Shown here in pieces: positions 1 to 10,036 of a stretch of DNA of 64,000 bases. The position numbers and the translations under genes were made by a program. The stretch covers positions 13,012 through 77,011 of the forward strand of contig NZ_JAPNJZ010000012.1 of NCBI RefSeq assembly GCF_026626765.1, in the 5' to 3' direction. The notes beneath the pieces were generated by a model. That model worked only from the letters and a program-made list of their open reading frames with translations, had not been told where the DNA came from and searched no databases. The stretch is from Corallococcus sp. bb12-1. GTDB lineage: Bacteria > Myxococcota > Myxococcia > Myxococcales > Myxococcaceae. Each line of letters begins with the position of its first letter. The stretch's first letter is position 1.

Positions 1-1
1 C

Positions 2-166
2 AAGAAGGGCCAGCGCGTCTACCCGTGGGAGGCCGTGGCCCAGTGCATGGTCACCGAAGTGCGTGAGCGCACCTCCAACTGCATCCTGACCCGCTCGCTG
101 GTGGAGATCTCCGCGGGCGACCGCGCCACCATGCGCAAGTCCGGGACCCCCACCGCCAGCCGCTAG
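2..166 (+). CDS. 3' end of an upstream gene (partial, unknown function)
   Basis: Open frame running in from the window edge, ending at TAG 164-166 (...ATMRKSGTPTASR*); no recognisable motif. Confidence 0.35.
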   Translation, partial: KKGQRVYPWEAVAQCMVTEVRERTSNCILTRSLVEISAGDRATMRKSGTPTASR

Positions 167-312
167 GCGCGGGCTTCTGAACGGCAGGAAAGCTGCATTC
201 CGGCCCGCCCTGGAGGGGCGGGCCGCTTGACCACCGATGTTCCGGTGTTATGTGTCACGCCCCTCCCGGGCCCACCTCCTCTATATAGGTGGGAAACAGG
301 CGGGGGACGGGC

Positions 313-1437
313 ATGACAGAGACCGACACGGGCACACCCACCGGAGAACACCGCGCCTGCCTGGCGCTCTGGGCCATCCCTGGCCTGGGGCCCCGGACGT
401 TGGACGCGGTGCGTGCGTTCGCCGGGGGGCAGTTGTCCCGCCTCGCGTCCGCCCCGGTTCGGGACTGGGTGTCCGACGTTCCGGTGCCCGCACCCGTCCG
501 GCAGCGCCTGGCCGCCGTCGCTTCGCTGGACGACCTGGCCTCGCGGGTGGAGTCCGCCTGTGACGCCGCGGGCATCCGGGTGGCCTTCGCGAGCGCGCCA
601 GCCCATCCCGGCCGACTGGTGGGGCTGGAGGACGCGCCGCCGCTCCTGTTCTACCTGGGTGAGCCTGGACCTCCCCGGCGGAGGCTGGCGATGGTGGGCA
701 GCCGCCACCCCGACCAGGGCTTCCTGCCGTTCGCGCGCACCTTCGCCCGGCAGGTGGCGGAGGCCGGCGTGGGGGTGGTGTCGGGCGCGGCGGAGGGCGT
801 GGACCGGGCCTGCCACTGGGGCGCCCTGGACGCGGCAGGGGAAACGTGGGCCTTCCTGGGGTCGGCGTTGGACCAGTTGGATCCCGCCCAGGCCCGCCTG
901 CTGCCCCACTTCCTGGCTCGGGGCGGGGTGTTCTTCAGCGAACTGCCGCCCGGTGTCCGGGCGAGCACGACGACCTTCCCCCGGCGCAACCGACTCATCG
1001 CTGGGGCGTCGGATGCGGTGCTGGTGATGCGGGCCGGGCTGGAATCCGGGAGCCTGTACACGGCGGACGCGGCACGGACGCAGGGCCGTCCGGTGTTCGC
1101 CCTGCCCGGGGATGTCTGGCAGCCGGCGGCGGCGGGTTGCAACGCCCTGCTGGCGGACGGGCGGGCCCGGGCGTGCACGTCCGCTGAAGCGATCTGCGCG
1201 GTGGTGGGCGTTCATCCCGGCCGGGCGGTGCCCCCGGGGCGTGAAGGAGGTTGGTGGGAGGCGCTGTCCGTGGAAGCGCGCGGGGCTTATGGGCTGTTGG
1301 ACAGGGTTCCCCGGTCTTTCGACGAGGTGCTCGCCCAGAGTCCGCTGTCCCCCGCCGCGCTCACGAGCGCCCTGGTGGAGTTGGAATTGTCGGGGCTGGT
1401 GGTCCAGCACCCGGGTAAACGGTACGAGAAGGTTTGA
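313..1437 (+). CDS. dprA: DNA processing protein DprA/Smf (Rossmann-like DNA-protecting domain)
   Basis: Whole-length resemblance to DprA (…MVGSRHPDQGF…VVSGAAEGVDRACHWGALDAAGETWAFLGSALD…RRNRLIAG…). Classic dprA-topA pairing. ATG at 313 preferred over GTG at 289, which sits inside a TATATA-containing putative promoter; G-rich RBS upstream. Confidence 0.8.
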   Translation: MTETDTGTPTGEHRACLALWAIPGLGPRTLDAVRAFAGGQLSRLASAPVRDWVSDVPVPAPVRQRLAAVASLDDLASRVESACDAAGIRVAFASAPAHPGRLVGLEDAPPLLFYLGEPGPPRRRLAMVGSRHPDQGFLPFARTFARQVAEAGVGVVSGAAEGVDRACHWGALDAAGETWAFLGSALDQLDPAQARLLPHFLARGGVFFSELPPGVRASTTTFPRRNRLIAGASDAVLVMRAGLESGSLYTADAARTQGRPVFALPGDVWQPAAAGCNALLADGRARACTSAEAICAVVGVHPGRAVPPGREGGWWEALSVEARGAYGLLDRVPRSFDEVLAQSPLSPAALTSALVELELSGLVVQHPGKRYEKV

Positions 1438-1460
1438 AGGTAGTCCGAGGTAGGAGAGCC

Positions 1461-4097
1461 ATGGCCACGCGGAAGAAGACACAGGCGGCGCAGACGGAAG
1501 CGGCGGCGGAGGAGACGGCCAAGAAGGCGCCCGCGAAGAAGAAGACGGCGGCCAAGAAGGCGCCCGCCAAGAAGGCGCCCGCGAAGAAGAAGGCGGCGGC
1601 GAAGAAGGTGTCGGCCAAGAAGACGGCGGCCCGTCGCCGTGGCGCGGACGGCGAGGACCTGCCCACCGTGGACGCGGATGCCGACGCGGAAGAGGAAGTC
1701 CCTGAGCGCCGTGGCAAGGGCCCGCACTACCTGGTGGTGGTGGAGTCTCCCGCCAAGGCCAAGACGATCAAGAAGTACCTGGGCTCTGGCTACACGGTGA
1801 AGGCGTCCGTGGGGCACGTGAAGGATCTGCCCAAGAGCAAGATTGGCGTCGACGTGGATGACGACTTCAAGCCCGAGTACACGGTCATCAAGGGCAAGGA
1901 GAAGGTCCTCAACGAGCTGAAGAAGACGGCCAGGACGGTGGACCGCGTGTTCCTCGCGACGGACCCCGACCGCGAGGGCGAGGCCATCGCCTGGCACATC
2001 AAGGAGGAACTGGCCCACCCGGACTCCCTCCGGGTGACCTTCAACGAGATCACCAAGAAGGCGGTGCAGGAAGCCATCGCCAACCCGCGCGAGCTCAACC
2101 AGGACAACTACGACTCGCAGCAGACCCGGCGCATCCTGGACCGGCTCGTCGGCTATCAAATCTCGCCGCTGCTCTGGAAGAAGATCCGCCGGGGCCTGTC
2201 CGCCGGCCGCGTGCAGTCCGTCGCCGTGCGCCTCATCGTGGAGCGCGAGACGGAGATCAAGGCCTTCACGCCCGAGGAGTACTGGACGCTGGACGCGCTG
2301 GTGCAGGGCCCCCAGGGGCCTCCGCCCTTCAAGGCGAAGCTGTCCCGAGTGGACGGCAAGAAGGTGGAACTCAAGGACCGCGCCACCACGGACGGGCTGG
2401 TCGCGGAGCTGAAGGACGCGTCCTTCACCGTCACCAAGGTGGACCGCAAGGAGCGCCGCCGCAACGCGCCCGCGCCGTTCATCACCTCCAAGCTCCAGCA
2501 GGAGGCCGCCAACCGTCTGCACTTCACCGCCAAGAAGACGATGACGCTGGCGCAGAAGCTGTACGAAGGCGTGCCCCTGGGTGAGGAGGGCCAGACGGCG
2601 CTCATCACGTACATGCGTACGGACTCCACGCGTCTGTCGGACGACGCCGTCACGCAGGTGCGGGAGTTCATTGGCCAGAAGTACGGCGCGGACTACCTGC
2701 CGCCGGAGCCCATGGTCTACAAGAGCCGCAAGAGCGCCCAGGACGCGCACGAGGCCATCCGGCCCACGTCCCTGGAGTACCCGCCCGAGCGCGTGCGTCC
2801 CTTCTTCGACGCGATGGACGAGTCGGACATGTTCCGCCTCTACGAACTCATCTGGAACCGCTTCGTCGCGTGCCAGATGAAACCCGCCGTGTACGACCAG
2901 ACGGCCGCGGACATCACCGCGGGCCGCGCCACCTTCCGCGCGTCCGGCAGCACGCTGAAGTTCCCGGGCTACCTGGGCGTGTACGGCGCCGGGCTCACGC
3001 CGGAAGAGGAGTCCGAGCGCGACAAGGCCAAGGCCGCCGGTGAAGACGGCGCCGAGGACGTGGTGGGCGAACTGCCGCCCCTCAACGAGGGCGAAGTCCT
3101 GGCCCTGCACAAGCTGCTCAACGAGCAGCACTTCACCCAGCCGCCCCCGCGCTTCAGCGAGGCCACGCTGGTGAAGGAGCTGGAAGAGCGCGGCATCGGG
3201 CGTCCGTCCACGTACGCGGCCATCCTCTCCAACATCCAGGACAAGAAGTACGTGGAGAAGCTGGAGAGCCGCTTCCGGCCCACGGACCTGGGACAGATGA
3301 CCAACGAGCTGTTGGTGAAGCACTTCCCCCATGAGCTGGACGTGTCGTTCACGGCCAGCATGGAGGAGAAGCTCGATCAGATCTCCGACGGCGGCGCCAG
3401 TTGGAAGACCGTCCTCCACGACTTCTACGGGCCCTTCAAGGAGACCCTGGAGAAGGCCGAAGCGGAGATGCGCGACGTCAAGCGCGAGGAGATCAAGACC
3501 GACATCGCCTGCGAGAAGTGCGGCAACCCGTTCGTCATCAAGTTCGGGAAGATGGGCCACTTCCTCGCCTGCTCGAACTACCCCGACTGCAAGAACACCA
3601 AGGACTTCAAGCGGGACGCCGAGGGGAAGATCGTCATCGTGGAGGAGGAGACCACGGACGAGAAGTGCGAGAAGTGCGCCAAGCCGATGGTCATCAAGCG
3701 CGGCCGGTTCGGACGCTTCATGGCGTGCTCGGGCTACCCGGACTGCAAGACGTCCAAGCCCATCTCCATCGGGGTGAACTGCCCGGAGTGCAAGGTGGGC
3801 TACCTCACCGAACGCCGCAGTGGCCGGGGGAAGATCTTCTTCGGCTGCAACCGGTATCCGGAGTGCAAGTTCGCCGCGTGGGACCGGCCGCTCGCGGAGG
3901 CGTGCCCTCAGTGCGCGTCGCCGTACCTGCTGCAGAAGTACTCCAAGCGGGACGGCGCCTACATCTCCTGCCCGAACAAGGAATGCGACTACCGCCGCGA
4001 GGTGGTGGAGCAGGGTGGCCTGGGCGCTCCGGGAGAGGTCGCCGTGGGGGCTGCCGCCGAGGCACCGGTCGCTCCCCCGCCTTCTTCGGCGGCCTGA
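1461..4097 (+). CDS. topA: DNA topoisomerase I with N-terminal Lys/Ala/Pro-rich (histone H1-like) extension and four C-terminal C4 zinc ribbons
   Basis: GGAG RBS 4 nt before ATG 1461. TOPRIM (HYLVVVESPAKAKTIKKYLG), active-site region (…TYMRTDSTRLS…), four CxxC…CxxC zinc-ribbon repeats (e.g. CEKCGNPFVIKFGKMGHFLACSNYPDCKNT). N-terminal AKKAPAKK repeats. Confidence 0.9.
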   Translation: MATRKKTQAAQTEAAAEETAKKAPAKKKTAAKKAPAKKAPAKKKAAAKKVSAKKTAARRRGADGEDLPTVDADADAEEEVPERRGKGPHYLVVVESPAKAKTIKKYLGSGYTVKASVGHVKDLPKSKIGVDVDDDFKPEYTVIKGKEKVLNELKKTARTVDRVFLATDPDREGEAIAWHIKEELAHPDSLRVTFNEITKKAVQEAIANPRELNQDNYDSQQTRRILDRLVGYQISPLLWKKIRRGLSAGRVQSVAVRLIVERETEIKAFTPEEYWTLDALVQGPQGPPPFKAKLSRVDGKKVELKDRATTDGLVAELKDASFTVTKVDRKERRRNAPAPFITSKLQQEAANRLHFTAKKTMTLAQKLYEGVPLGEEGQTALITYMRTDSTRLSDDAVTQVREFIGQKYGADYLPPEPMVYKSRKSAQDAHEAIRPTSLEYPPERVRPFFDAMDESDMFRLYELIWNRFVACQMKPAVYDQTAADITAGRATFRASGSTLKFPGYLGVYGAGLTPEEESERDKAKAAGEDGAEDVVGELPPLNEGEVLALHKLLNEQHFTQPPPRFSEATLVKELEERGIGRPSTYAAILSNIQDKKYVEKLESRFRPTDLGQMTNELLVKHFPHELDVSFTASMEEKLDQISDGGASWKTVLHDFYGPFKETLEKAEAEMRDVKREEIKTDIACEKCGNPFVIKFGKMGHFLACSNYPDCKNTKDFKRDAEGKIVIVEEETTDEKCEKCAKPMVIKRGRFGRFMACSGYPDCKTSKPISIGVNCPECKVGYLTERRSGRGKIFFGCNRYPECKFAAWDRPLAEACPQCASPYLLQKYSKRDGAYISCPNKECDYRREVVEQGGLGAPGEVAVGAAAEAPVAPPPSSAA
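1519..1635 (+). repeat. Low-complexity AAGAAGGCGCCCGC(G/C)AAGAAG codon repeat encoding the KKAPAKK tail of TopA
   Basis: Direct reading of the reiterated AAG/GCG/CCC codon units. Confidence 0.6.
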
Positions 4098-4116
4098 GCG
4101 GAAAGCTGAGTCATTC

Positions 4117-4142
4117 CAGGGGGCTGGCTTCAGCCCCCTGGC
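4117..4142 (+). terminator. Perfect 10-bp GC-rich hairpin just after the topA stop (no U-tract)
   Basis: ccagggggct-ggcttc-agccccctgg, 20 nt after topA TGA. Confidence 0.35.
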
Positions 4143-4261
4143 TTGACACCCTCTCGGGCGAAGTCCTACAAGTCCGGATTGCTCCCGGCCCGTGATCGCA
4201 AGCCTCCTGCCCGTTCGCGGCAGGGGTGCGCGCGGGGGGCAGCGAAAGGACGCACTCCGCG

Positions 4262-5014
4262 ATGAATCCCTCCGTGAACGCGTTGTTGAGCATGGTGTTG
4301 GCCGAGGCGGCTCCCGCGGCTGGCCACGCTTCGTCGGGAGGCCTGGTGGATTTCGTCTTCACCGCGTTCGACGCCGGCGGCCACTTCATGCTGGTGAACC
4401 TGTTCTGGCTGCTCGCCTCGCTGGCGGTCATCGGGGAGCGCGCGGTGACGCTGCTGTACCGCTACCGGCTCAACGCGAGCGCGTTCATCGAACAGGTCCA
4501 CAAGATGGTGCGCAGCGGCAACCTGGACCGCGCGGTGAAGTTCTGCGGCATGGCGCCGCGCTCGCCGCTGGCCCGCGTCATCCGCGCGGGGCTCATCAAC
4601 GCGAACCGTGGTGAGCTGGAAGTGGCCAAGGCCGTGGAGGAGGCGCTGGCCGAGTACACGCCGCACGTGACGCGCCGGGTGCAGTGGCTGTGGTCGCTCG
4701 CGAACATCGCGACGCTGGTGGGGCTCGTCGGCACCATCGTGGGCCTCATCGGCACCTTCCGCGCGCTCGGCAACGTGCCGGCGGAGCAGAAGCAGGCGCT
4801 GCTCTCCAACGGCATCTCGGAGGCCATGTACAACACGGGCTTCGGGCTCTCCATCGCCGTCATCTGCATCGTGGCGCACCTGTTCTTCCACACGTACGCG
4901 AAGAACATGGTGGAGTCGGTGGAGTTGAACGCGCTGAAGCTGGAGAACCTGCTGTCGCGGCGCGGCTCGCTGGAAGTCGTCCCGGCGGATTCCGACGTCC
5001 GGGCGGCGTCGTAG
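4262..5014 (+). CDS. MotA/TolQ/ExbB-family proton-channel protein (AglR-like motor subunit candidate)
   Basis: Three C-terminal TM helices with the family's conserved region (…WLWSLANIATLVGLVGTIVGLIGTFRALG…SEAMYNTGFGLSIAVICIVAHLFF…); first of a TolQ + TolR + TolR trio. Confidence 0.75.
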   Translation: MNPSVNALLSMVLAEAAPAAGHASSGGLVDFVFTAFDAGGHFMLVNLFWLLASLAVIGERAVTLLYRYRLNASAFIEQVHKMVRSGNLDRAVKFCGMAPRSPLARVIRAGLINANRGELEVAKAVEEALAEYTPHVTRRVQWLWSLANIATLVGLVGTIVGLIGTFRALGNVPAEQKQALLSNGISEAMYNTGFGLSIAVICIVAHLFFHTYAKNMVESVELNALKLENLLSRRGSLEVVPADSDVRAAS

Positions 5015-5039
5015 TCCCCGCTGGCTTCCGGAGCCACGC

Positions 5040-5567
5040 ATGGCGTTCTACTACTCCCGCCGCAAGCTGAAGCCGAGGGAAGAGGAAGAGGGGGGCGAGC
5101 TGAACATCGTCCCGTACCTCGACATCCTCATGAACCTCATCATCTTCATGCTGCTGTCCATCACAGGCCTCACGGCCTTTGGCGCGCTCAACGTGTCCGC
5201 GCCCACGTATGGCGGCGCCTCCGCCAGCGGGGGCCAGGCGGATCCGGACGCGCCCAAGCTGATGCTCCAGGTGCTCATCTCCGAGAAGGGCCTCTACGTC
5301 CGGGGCAACGGCAAGGAGGCCGCGGCGCCGGAGGGGGATGCGCCCACGTTGCCGGTGCTCGCGGGTGGCACCTATGACTACGCGGCGCTCAATGAGCGGC
5401 TGGTGAAGATCAAGGCGGAGTTCCCCCAGGAGACGAAGGTCATCGTGGCGGCGGATCCGAACGTCCCCTACGAGGCCCTCATCCACACGATGGACGCCCT
5501 GCGCGAGACGGCGGGCCCCACCGAGCGCAAGCTGCTCTTCCCCGACGTCACCCTGAGCACCCTGTAG
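5040..5567 (+). CDS. ExbD/TolR-family stator-like protein (single TM with conserved Asp; AglQ-like candidate)
   Basis: N-terminal ELNIVPYLDILMNLIIFMLL TM segment with the family's conserved Asp, then a periplasmic domain; 26 nt after the TolQ-like gene. Confidence 0.7.
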   Translation: MAFYYSRRKLKPREEEEGGELNIVPYLDILMNLIIFMLLSITGLTAFGALNVSAPTYGGASASGGQADPDAPKLMLQVLISEKGLYVRGNGKEAAAPEGDAPTLPVLAGGTYDYAALNERLVKIKAEFPQETKVIVAADPNVPYEALIHTMDALRETAGPTERKLLFPDVTLSTL

Positions 5568-5569
5568 CC

Positions 5570-6154
5570 ATGTCCGAAACCGCGCCTCCGACCGCCGCCG
5601 AAGCCGAACAGCTCGCGCGCATGCGCTACCGCCGGGCTCTCGCGCGCAAGAAGCGCAAGGAGCGCGAGGCCGCGTCGGAAGTGAAGGAGCTCAACATCAC
5701 CGCGATGATGGACATGATGACCATCATCCTGGTGTTCCTCCTGAGGTCCTTCGCGTCGTCCTCCGCGGCCGTCACCGCGTCCGAGGACGTCCGTCCGCCG
5801 GTGTCCTCCACGCGCGCGACGCCCAAGGACACGGTGGCCATCACCATCACCCCCAAGAACATCCTGGTGGGGGACCGCGAGGTGGTGCGGCTGAAGGACG
5901 GACGCATCCCGGAGTCGCAGTTCCCCGAGGGCAACAATCGGCTGGTGCTGGGGCTGGATGAGCAGCTGAAGAAGGAAGTGAAGAAGCTCAAGTTCATCGC
6001 CGAGCGCAACCCGGCGGCGCCGTTCAGCCACGAGCTGTCCGTCATCGCGGACAAGGCCGTGCCGTACGACCTGCTCGTCACCGTGCTCTACACGGCGGGC
6101 CAGAACGAGCTGGAGAACTACCGCTTCATCGTGCTCCAGCGCGACGCCAACTAG
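5570..6154 (+). CDS. Second ExbD/TolR-family protein (AglS-like candidate) with basic N-terminal extension
   Basis: KELNITAMMDMMTIILVFLL TM with conserved Asp; starts 3 nt after the previous stop. Confidence 0.7.
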   Translation: MSETAPPTAAEAEQLARMRYRRALARKKRKEREAASEVKELNITAMMDMMTIILVFLLRSFASSSAAVTASEDVRPPVSSTRATPKDTVAITITPKNILVGDREVVRLKDGRIPESQFPEGNNRLVLGLDEQLKKEVKKLKFIAERNPAAPFSHELSVIADKAVPYDLLVTVLYTAGQNELENYRFIVLQRDAN

Positions 6155-6178
6155 GCGCCCAGTCGCCGGACACACGAC

Positions 6179-6209
6179 TCCCCCGCGCGGGATGGACGCA
6201 CGGGGGAGC
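6179..6209. terminator. 8-bp GC hairpin in the convergent gap between the ExbD-like and DksA-like genes
   Basis: ctcccccg…cgggggag inverted repeat. Confidence 0.3.
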
Positions 6210-6223
6210 GCCTGACGGCTTCG

Positions 6224-6616
6224 CTAGAGGGACAGGCTGCCCGTGTGGCGCGCGGCGTCGCGCGTCTCCTGCTCATGCAGGGCGGCATCTTCCTCGCAGC
6301 GGATGGCGAAGGGCATGGCCTCCAGGCGGTCCATGGAGATTTCGTTCCCGCAGTCCACGCACTCGCCGAACACGTCCGTGTCCATGCGGCGCAGCGCGGC
6401 GTCAATGAGCATGATCTCCCGGCGCTGGGCTTCGATGAGGGTGGAGAGCGTGTAGTCCGCCAGCTCCGCCTGCGCCTGTTCCTCGTACTCGGGATCGCGC
6501 TCCTGATCCTTCAGCGCCATCAACTCCCGGCGAGCGCCCGCCTGGGCCTCCTCGGTCGTCTTGCGGCGTTTCTGCAGCAGTTCGCGGATCCCCAACAAGT
6601 CCTTGGCTCGGCTCAT
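6224..6616 (-). CDS. DksA/TraR-family C4-type zinc-finger protein
   Basis: C-terminal [22 protein letters not shown] zinc finger plus coiled-coil-like N-terminus; start taken at [13 protein letters not shown] (the longer ORF start is probably spurious). Confidence 0.7.
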   Translation of the reverse strand: MSRAKDLLGIRELLQKRRKTTEEAQAGARRELMALKDQERDPEYEEQAQAELADYTLSTLIEAQRREIMLIDAALRRMDTDVFGECVDCGNEISMDRLEAMPFAIRCEEDAALHEQETRDAARHTGSLSL

Positions 6617-6915
6617 GGCGGCGTCACTCCCATCCCGGTTCACGGTTGAACGGCGCTCGCGGTCGGCGGTGTCATCCCGGCGCGAAGACCGCGAGAAACC
6701 TAGGGTTGGATCCCAGGTGGGGAAACCTCGCCTTCCTTCCGGCACGCATGGTGGGAAGCAGGGCAGGCGGGCAGCCGTGGGCAGGCCGGGAAGTGGAAAG
6801 AGAACGCGGGGTTGCCGCGCTGCTTTCGCGGCTGGGAAAGGGCGCGACCTTCCTGCTAACAGGGACGCCCGGGGTGCCCTGGAGTGCCAGACGCCCCCGG
6901 TGCGCAGGAGGTTGC

Positions 6916-8301
6916 ATGTCGGACGTGAAGCAGCGGGTGACGGTGATTGGCGGGGGCCTGGCGGGCACCGAGTGCGCGTACCAGCTCGCGCGGCGTGGCG
7001 TGCCAGTGGTGCTGCGCGAGATGAAGCCGCACAAGCGCTCCCCCGCGCACAAGTCGGACACGCTCGCGGAGCTGGTGTGCAGCAACTCCTTGCGTTCGGA
7101 CAACCCGGAGAGCGCCATTGGCCTCCTGCACGCGGAGCTGCGCGCGCTGGGCTCGCTGGTGCTGGGCAGCGCGGACCTGCACCGCGTGCCCGCTGGTGAC
7201 GCGCTGGCGGTGGAGCGCGAGGGCTTCTCCCGCGAAATCACCACCCGGCTCCAGTCCGGCGTGGGCGTGGAGATTGTTGGCGGCGAGGTGGAGCGCATCC
7301 CGGACGAGGGCGTGGTGGTGGTGGCGACCGGGCCGCTGACGTCGGATGCGCTCACGGCGGAGCTGGAGCGCCACGTGGGCACGAAGCTCTACTTCTACGA
7401 CTCCATCGCGCCCATCCTGTCCGGGGACTCGATCGACATGGAGGTGGCGTTCCGCCAGAGCCGCTACGGCAAGGGCGGCGGGGACGACTACCTGAACCTG
7501 CCGATGACGCGCGACGAGTACTACCGCTTCGTCAACGAGGTGAAGGCGGGCCAGAAGCTGGTGCCGCACAGCTTCGAGGAACCGAAATACTTCGAAGGGT
7601 GTCTGCCCATCGAGGTGATGGCGGAGCGCGGAGACGACACGCTGTCCTTCGGGCCGCTCAAGCCGGTGGGGCTGAAGGACCCGCGCACGGGGAAGGACCC
7701 CTACGCGGTGGTGCAGTTGCGCATGGAGGACAAGGCGGGCACGGCGTGGAACATGGTGGGCTTCCAGACGCGCCTGACGTGGGGCGAGCAGAAGCGCATC
7801 TTCATGTCCTGCATCCCGGGCCTGCAGAACGCGGAGTTCCTGCGGATGGGGCAGATCCACCGCAACACGTTCATCGACTCGCCGCGCCTCCTGGCGGAGG
7901 ACCTGTCGCTGAAGACGGAGCGGCGGGTGTTCTTCGCGGGGCAGGTGACGGGGGTGGAGGGGTACGTGGAGAGCGCGGCGTGCGGCTACCTGGTGGCGCT
8001 GGCGGTGCATGCGCGCCTCACCGGCACGGCGTTCGTTCCGCCGCCGGCGACGACGGCGCTGGGGTCGCTGTACCGGCACGTCACGGGGGAAGCGCACCCG
8101 CCGGATCATCCGCACCAGCCCACCAACGTCATCTACGGCCTGTTCCCGCCGCTGTCCGGGCGGATGAAGAAGGCGGACAAGCGCGCGGCCTACTCGGCGC
8201 GGGCGAAGCAGGACCTGGCGGCCTGGCTGCCCCACGCGGGCGTCGTGGAAGCGGGCGCGGCCCAAGCAACGGACCCGACGCAAGAACAGAGGAGCGCATG
8301 A
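6916..8301 (+). CDS. trmFO: Methylenetetrahydrofolate--tRNA-(uracil-5-)-methyltransferase TrmFO (Gid)
   Basis: AGGAGG RBS 5 nt upstream. N-terminal FAD fold [21 protein letters not shown] with full-length TrmFO-like sequence. Sits in the topA-gid-xerC-hslVU arrangement known from Firmicutes. Confidence 0.85.
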   Translation: MSDVKQRVTVIGGGLAGTECAYQLARRGVPVVLREMKPHKRSPAHKSDTLAELVCSNSLRSDNPESAIGLLHAELRALGSLVLGSADLHRVPAGDALAVEREGFSREITTRLQSGVGVEIVGGEVERIPDEGVVVVATGPLTSDALTAELERHVGTKLYFYDSIAPILSGDSIDMEVAFRQSRYGKGGGDDYLNLPMTRDEYYRFVNEVKAGQKLVPHSFEEPKYFEGCLPIEVMAERGDDTLSFGPLKPVGLKDPRTGKDPYAVVQLRMEDKAGTAWNMVGFQTRLTWGEQKRIFMSCIPGLQNAEFLRMGQIHRNTFIDSPRLLAEDLSLKTERRVFFAGQVTGVEGYVESAACGYLVALAVHARLTGTAFVPPPATTALGSLYRHVTGEAHPPDHPHQPTNVIYGLFPPLSGRMKKADKRAAYSARAKQDLAAWLPHAGVVEAGAAQATDPTQEQRSA

Positions 8302-9920
8302 AGCGACCTGGGATGTGGGGCCTCGTGGCCCTGCTGACGGTGGTGGGGTGCAGCAAGAAGAGCGACGACGGCGCCGCTCCGTCTCAGCGCAGCGCCGCCA
8401 AGGACGACACGGTCCGCAGCGCGGCGAAGGGCGCGGCGTTGGTGGGCGGGCAGGGGCAGCAACTGGCCGCGGGCCGCGCGGCGGACCTTCGCCTGTCCCC
8501 GGACGGGCAGTTCGCCACGTACCTGCTCAACGGACAGAAGCCCCGGCTGGACGGCATCCCGCCCCAGATGCTGGTGGGCGCGCTGTACGTGGTGCCGGTG
8601 GCGGGCGGCAAGCCGCGCGAGCTGGGCAACGGTGTGACGAACGTCCCCGGCAGCCTGCTGTTCTCCGCGGACTCCCGGCACCTCTTGTACGTGACGGGCT
8701 ACAACCCGGCCTCGCAATCCGGTGAGCTGCACGCGCTGGCCGTGACGGACGCGGCGGCGCAGCCGGTGACGTTGGGCACGGCGGTGAGCTACCTGCTGCC
8801 CTCGCCCGACGGCGTCAGCGTGGCGTTCGTGGACGCGGGCGTGCTGAAGCTGGGCCCGCTGCCCGCGGGGCCTTTCGAGGACGTGGCGGCGGAGGTGAGC
8901 ACCGCGCAGTTCACGTCGGACGGCAAGACGCTGCTCTTCAAGCGCCGGTTGTCGGCCGCGAGCGGCCTGGCGGCGGTGACGGTGGGGTCCAAGGAGCCGC
9001 CGCGCAAGCTGGCGGATCAGGTGGGCGACTACCAGGTGTCTCCGGACGGCAAGCGCGTGGCGTACCAGGTGCGCAGCGAGTCCGTGCGCAGCATGTATGA
9101 TCTGTACCTCGCGGAGGTGCCGGCGCTGAAGGGCCAGCGGCTCGCGGTGGGCTCGAAGGTGTTCGGCTTCTCTCCGGACGGCCAGTGGCTGGCGCGCACG
9201 GAGAACGGCAAGCCGGAGCTGCTGGGCGACCTGTACGTGGGGCCTGCCTCCGGTGGGCCGGGGCGCAAGGTGGGCGAAGCGGTGGAGGAGATGGCGTTCG
9301 CGCCGGACTCCAAGGCCGTGGGCTTCCTGGAGAAGTACGACCAGCCGTCGCGCGCGGGGGCGATGACCGTGGCGTCGCTGCCGGACGGCGCTCCGAAGCG
9401 CGTGGGGGACCGGGTGCCCAACTTCGTGTGGGGTTCGGACAGCCGCTACGTGGCGTTCCTGTCGCGCTTCGTGAAGCCGGTGTTCTCCGTGGACCTGATG
9501 CTGTACGCGCTGGGCCAGGAGAAGGCGGAGAAGGTGCAGCCGGGTGTGTTCGGCTACGGCTTCACGCCGAACAACGGCGCGGTGGTGTTCCGCACCAACT
9601 GCATCCGCAACGGTCGCGCGTGCGACTTCAAGGCGCTGGAGCTGGGTGAGAAGCAGGCCGAGGCGAAGACGTGGATGCAGGGCATCTTCAGCTACAAGAT
9701 CTCCAACGATGGGGCCCGCATCCTCGCGACGTACGCGCGCATGGACTCGGACACCTATGACGTCGCTGTCTATGACGTGAAGTCGGGGGCGCGGAAGACG
9801 CTCGACCAGGGCGTGCAGGTGCCCACGTACTTCGGGGGCAAGGACGACGCTCGCGCCGTCTACATCATCGGGCAGGGGCAGAACCCTGGCGTGTACAGCG
9901 CCATCGCGTCACCGCAGTAA
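8298..9920 (+). CDS. Lipoprotein with PD40/TolB-like beta-propeller repeats
   Basis: ATGA overlap with the trmFO stop. Signal peptide with lipobox (LLTVVGC). Recurrent (S/T)PDG…hh…Y/F repeats ([77 protein letters not shown]). Confidence 0.65.
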   Translation: MKRPGMWGLVALLTVVGCSKKSDDGAAPSQRSAAKDDTVRSAAKGAALVGGQGQQLAAGRAADLRLSPDGQFATYLLNGQKPRLDGIPPQMLVGALYVVPVAGGKPRELGNGVTNVPGSLLFSADSRHLLYVTGYNPASQSGELHALAVTDAAAQPVTLGTAVSYLLPSPDGVSVAFVDAGVLKLGPLPAGPFEDVAAEVSTAQFTSDGKTLLFKRRLSAASGLAAVTVGSKEPPRKLADQVGDYQVSPDGKRVAYQVRSESVRSMYDLYLAEVPALKGQRLAVGSKVFGFSPDGQWLARTENGKPELLGDLYVGPASGGPGRKVGEAVEEMAFAPDSKAVGFLEKYDQPSRAGAMTVASLPDGAPKRVGDRVPNFVWGSDSRYVAFLSRFVKPVFSVDLMLYALGQEKAEKVQPGVFGYGFTPNNGAVVFRTNCIRNGRACDFKALELGEKQAEAKTWMQGIFSYKISNDGARILATYARMDSDTYDVAVYDVKSGARKTLDQGVQVPTYFGGKDDARAVYIIGQGQNPGVYSAIASPQ

Positions 9921-10036
9921 TCGGCAGTAGCCGTTGACCCGGGGGTGGAGGGCGGCCTCGCCTTCCGCCCCTTCGGGGCCGGCCGGTGCTGTTGAGGCGT
10001 GCACAGTCGGGGCGGGTGTGGTGTCTTGCCCGCCGA

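Noticed and set aside
1287-3560. 757-aa minus-strand ORF overlapping topA (and similarly 163..1482 overlapping dprA)
   Set aside because: It is antisense to highly conserved genes with clear motifs on the plus strand, so it is a spurious GC-rich frame.
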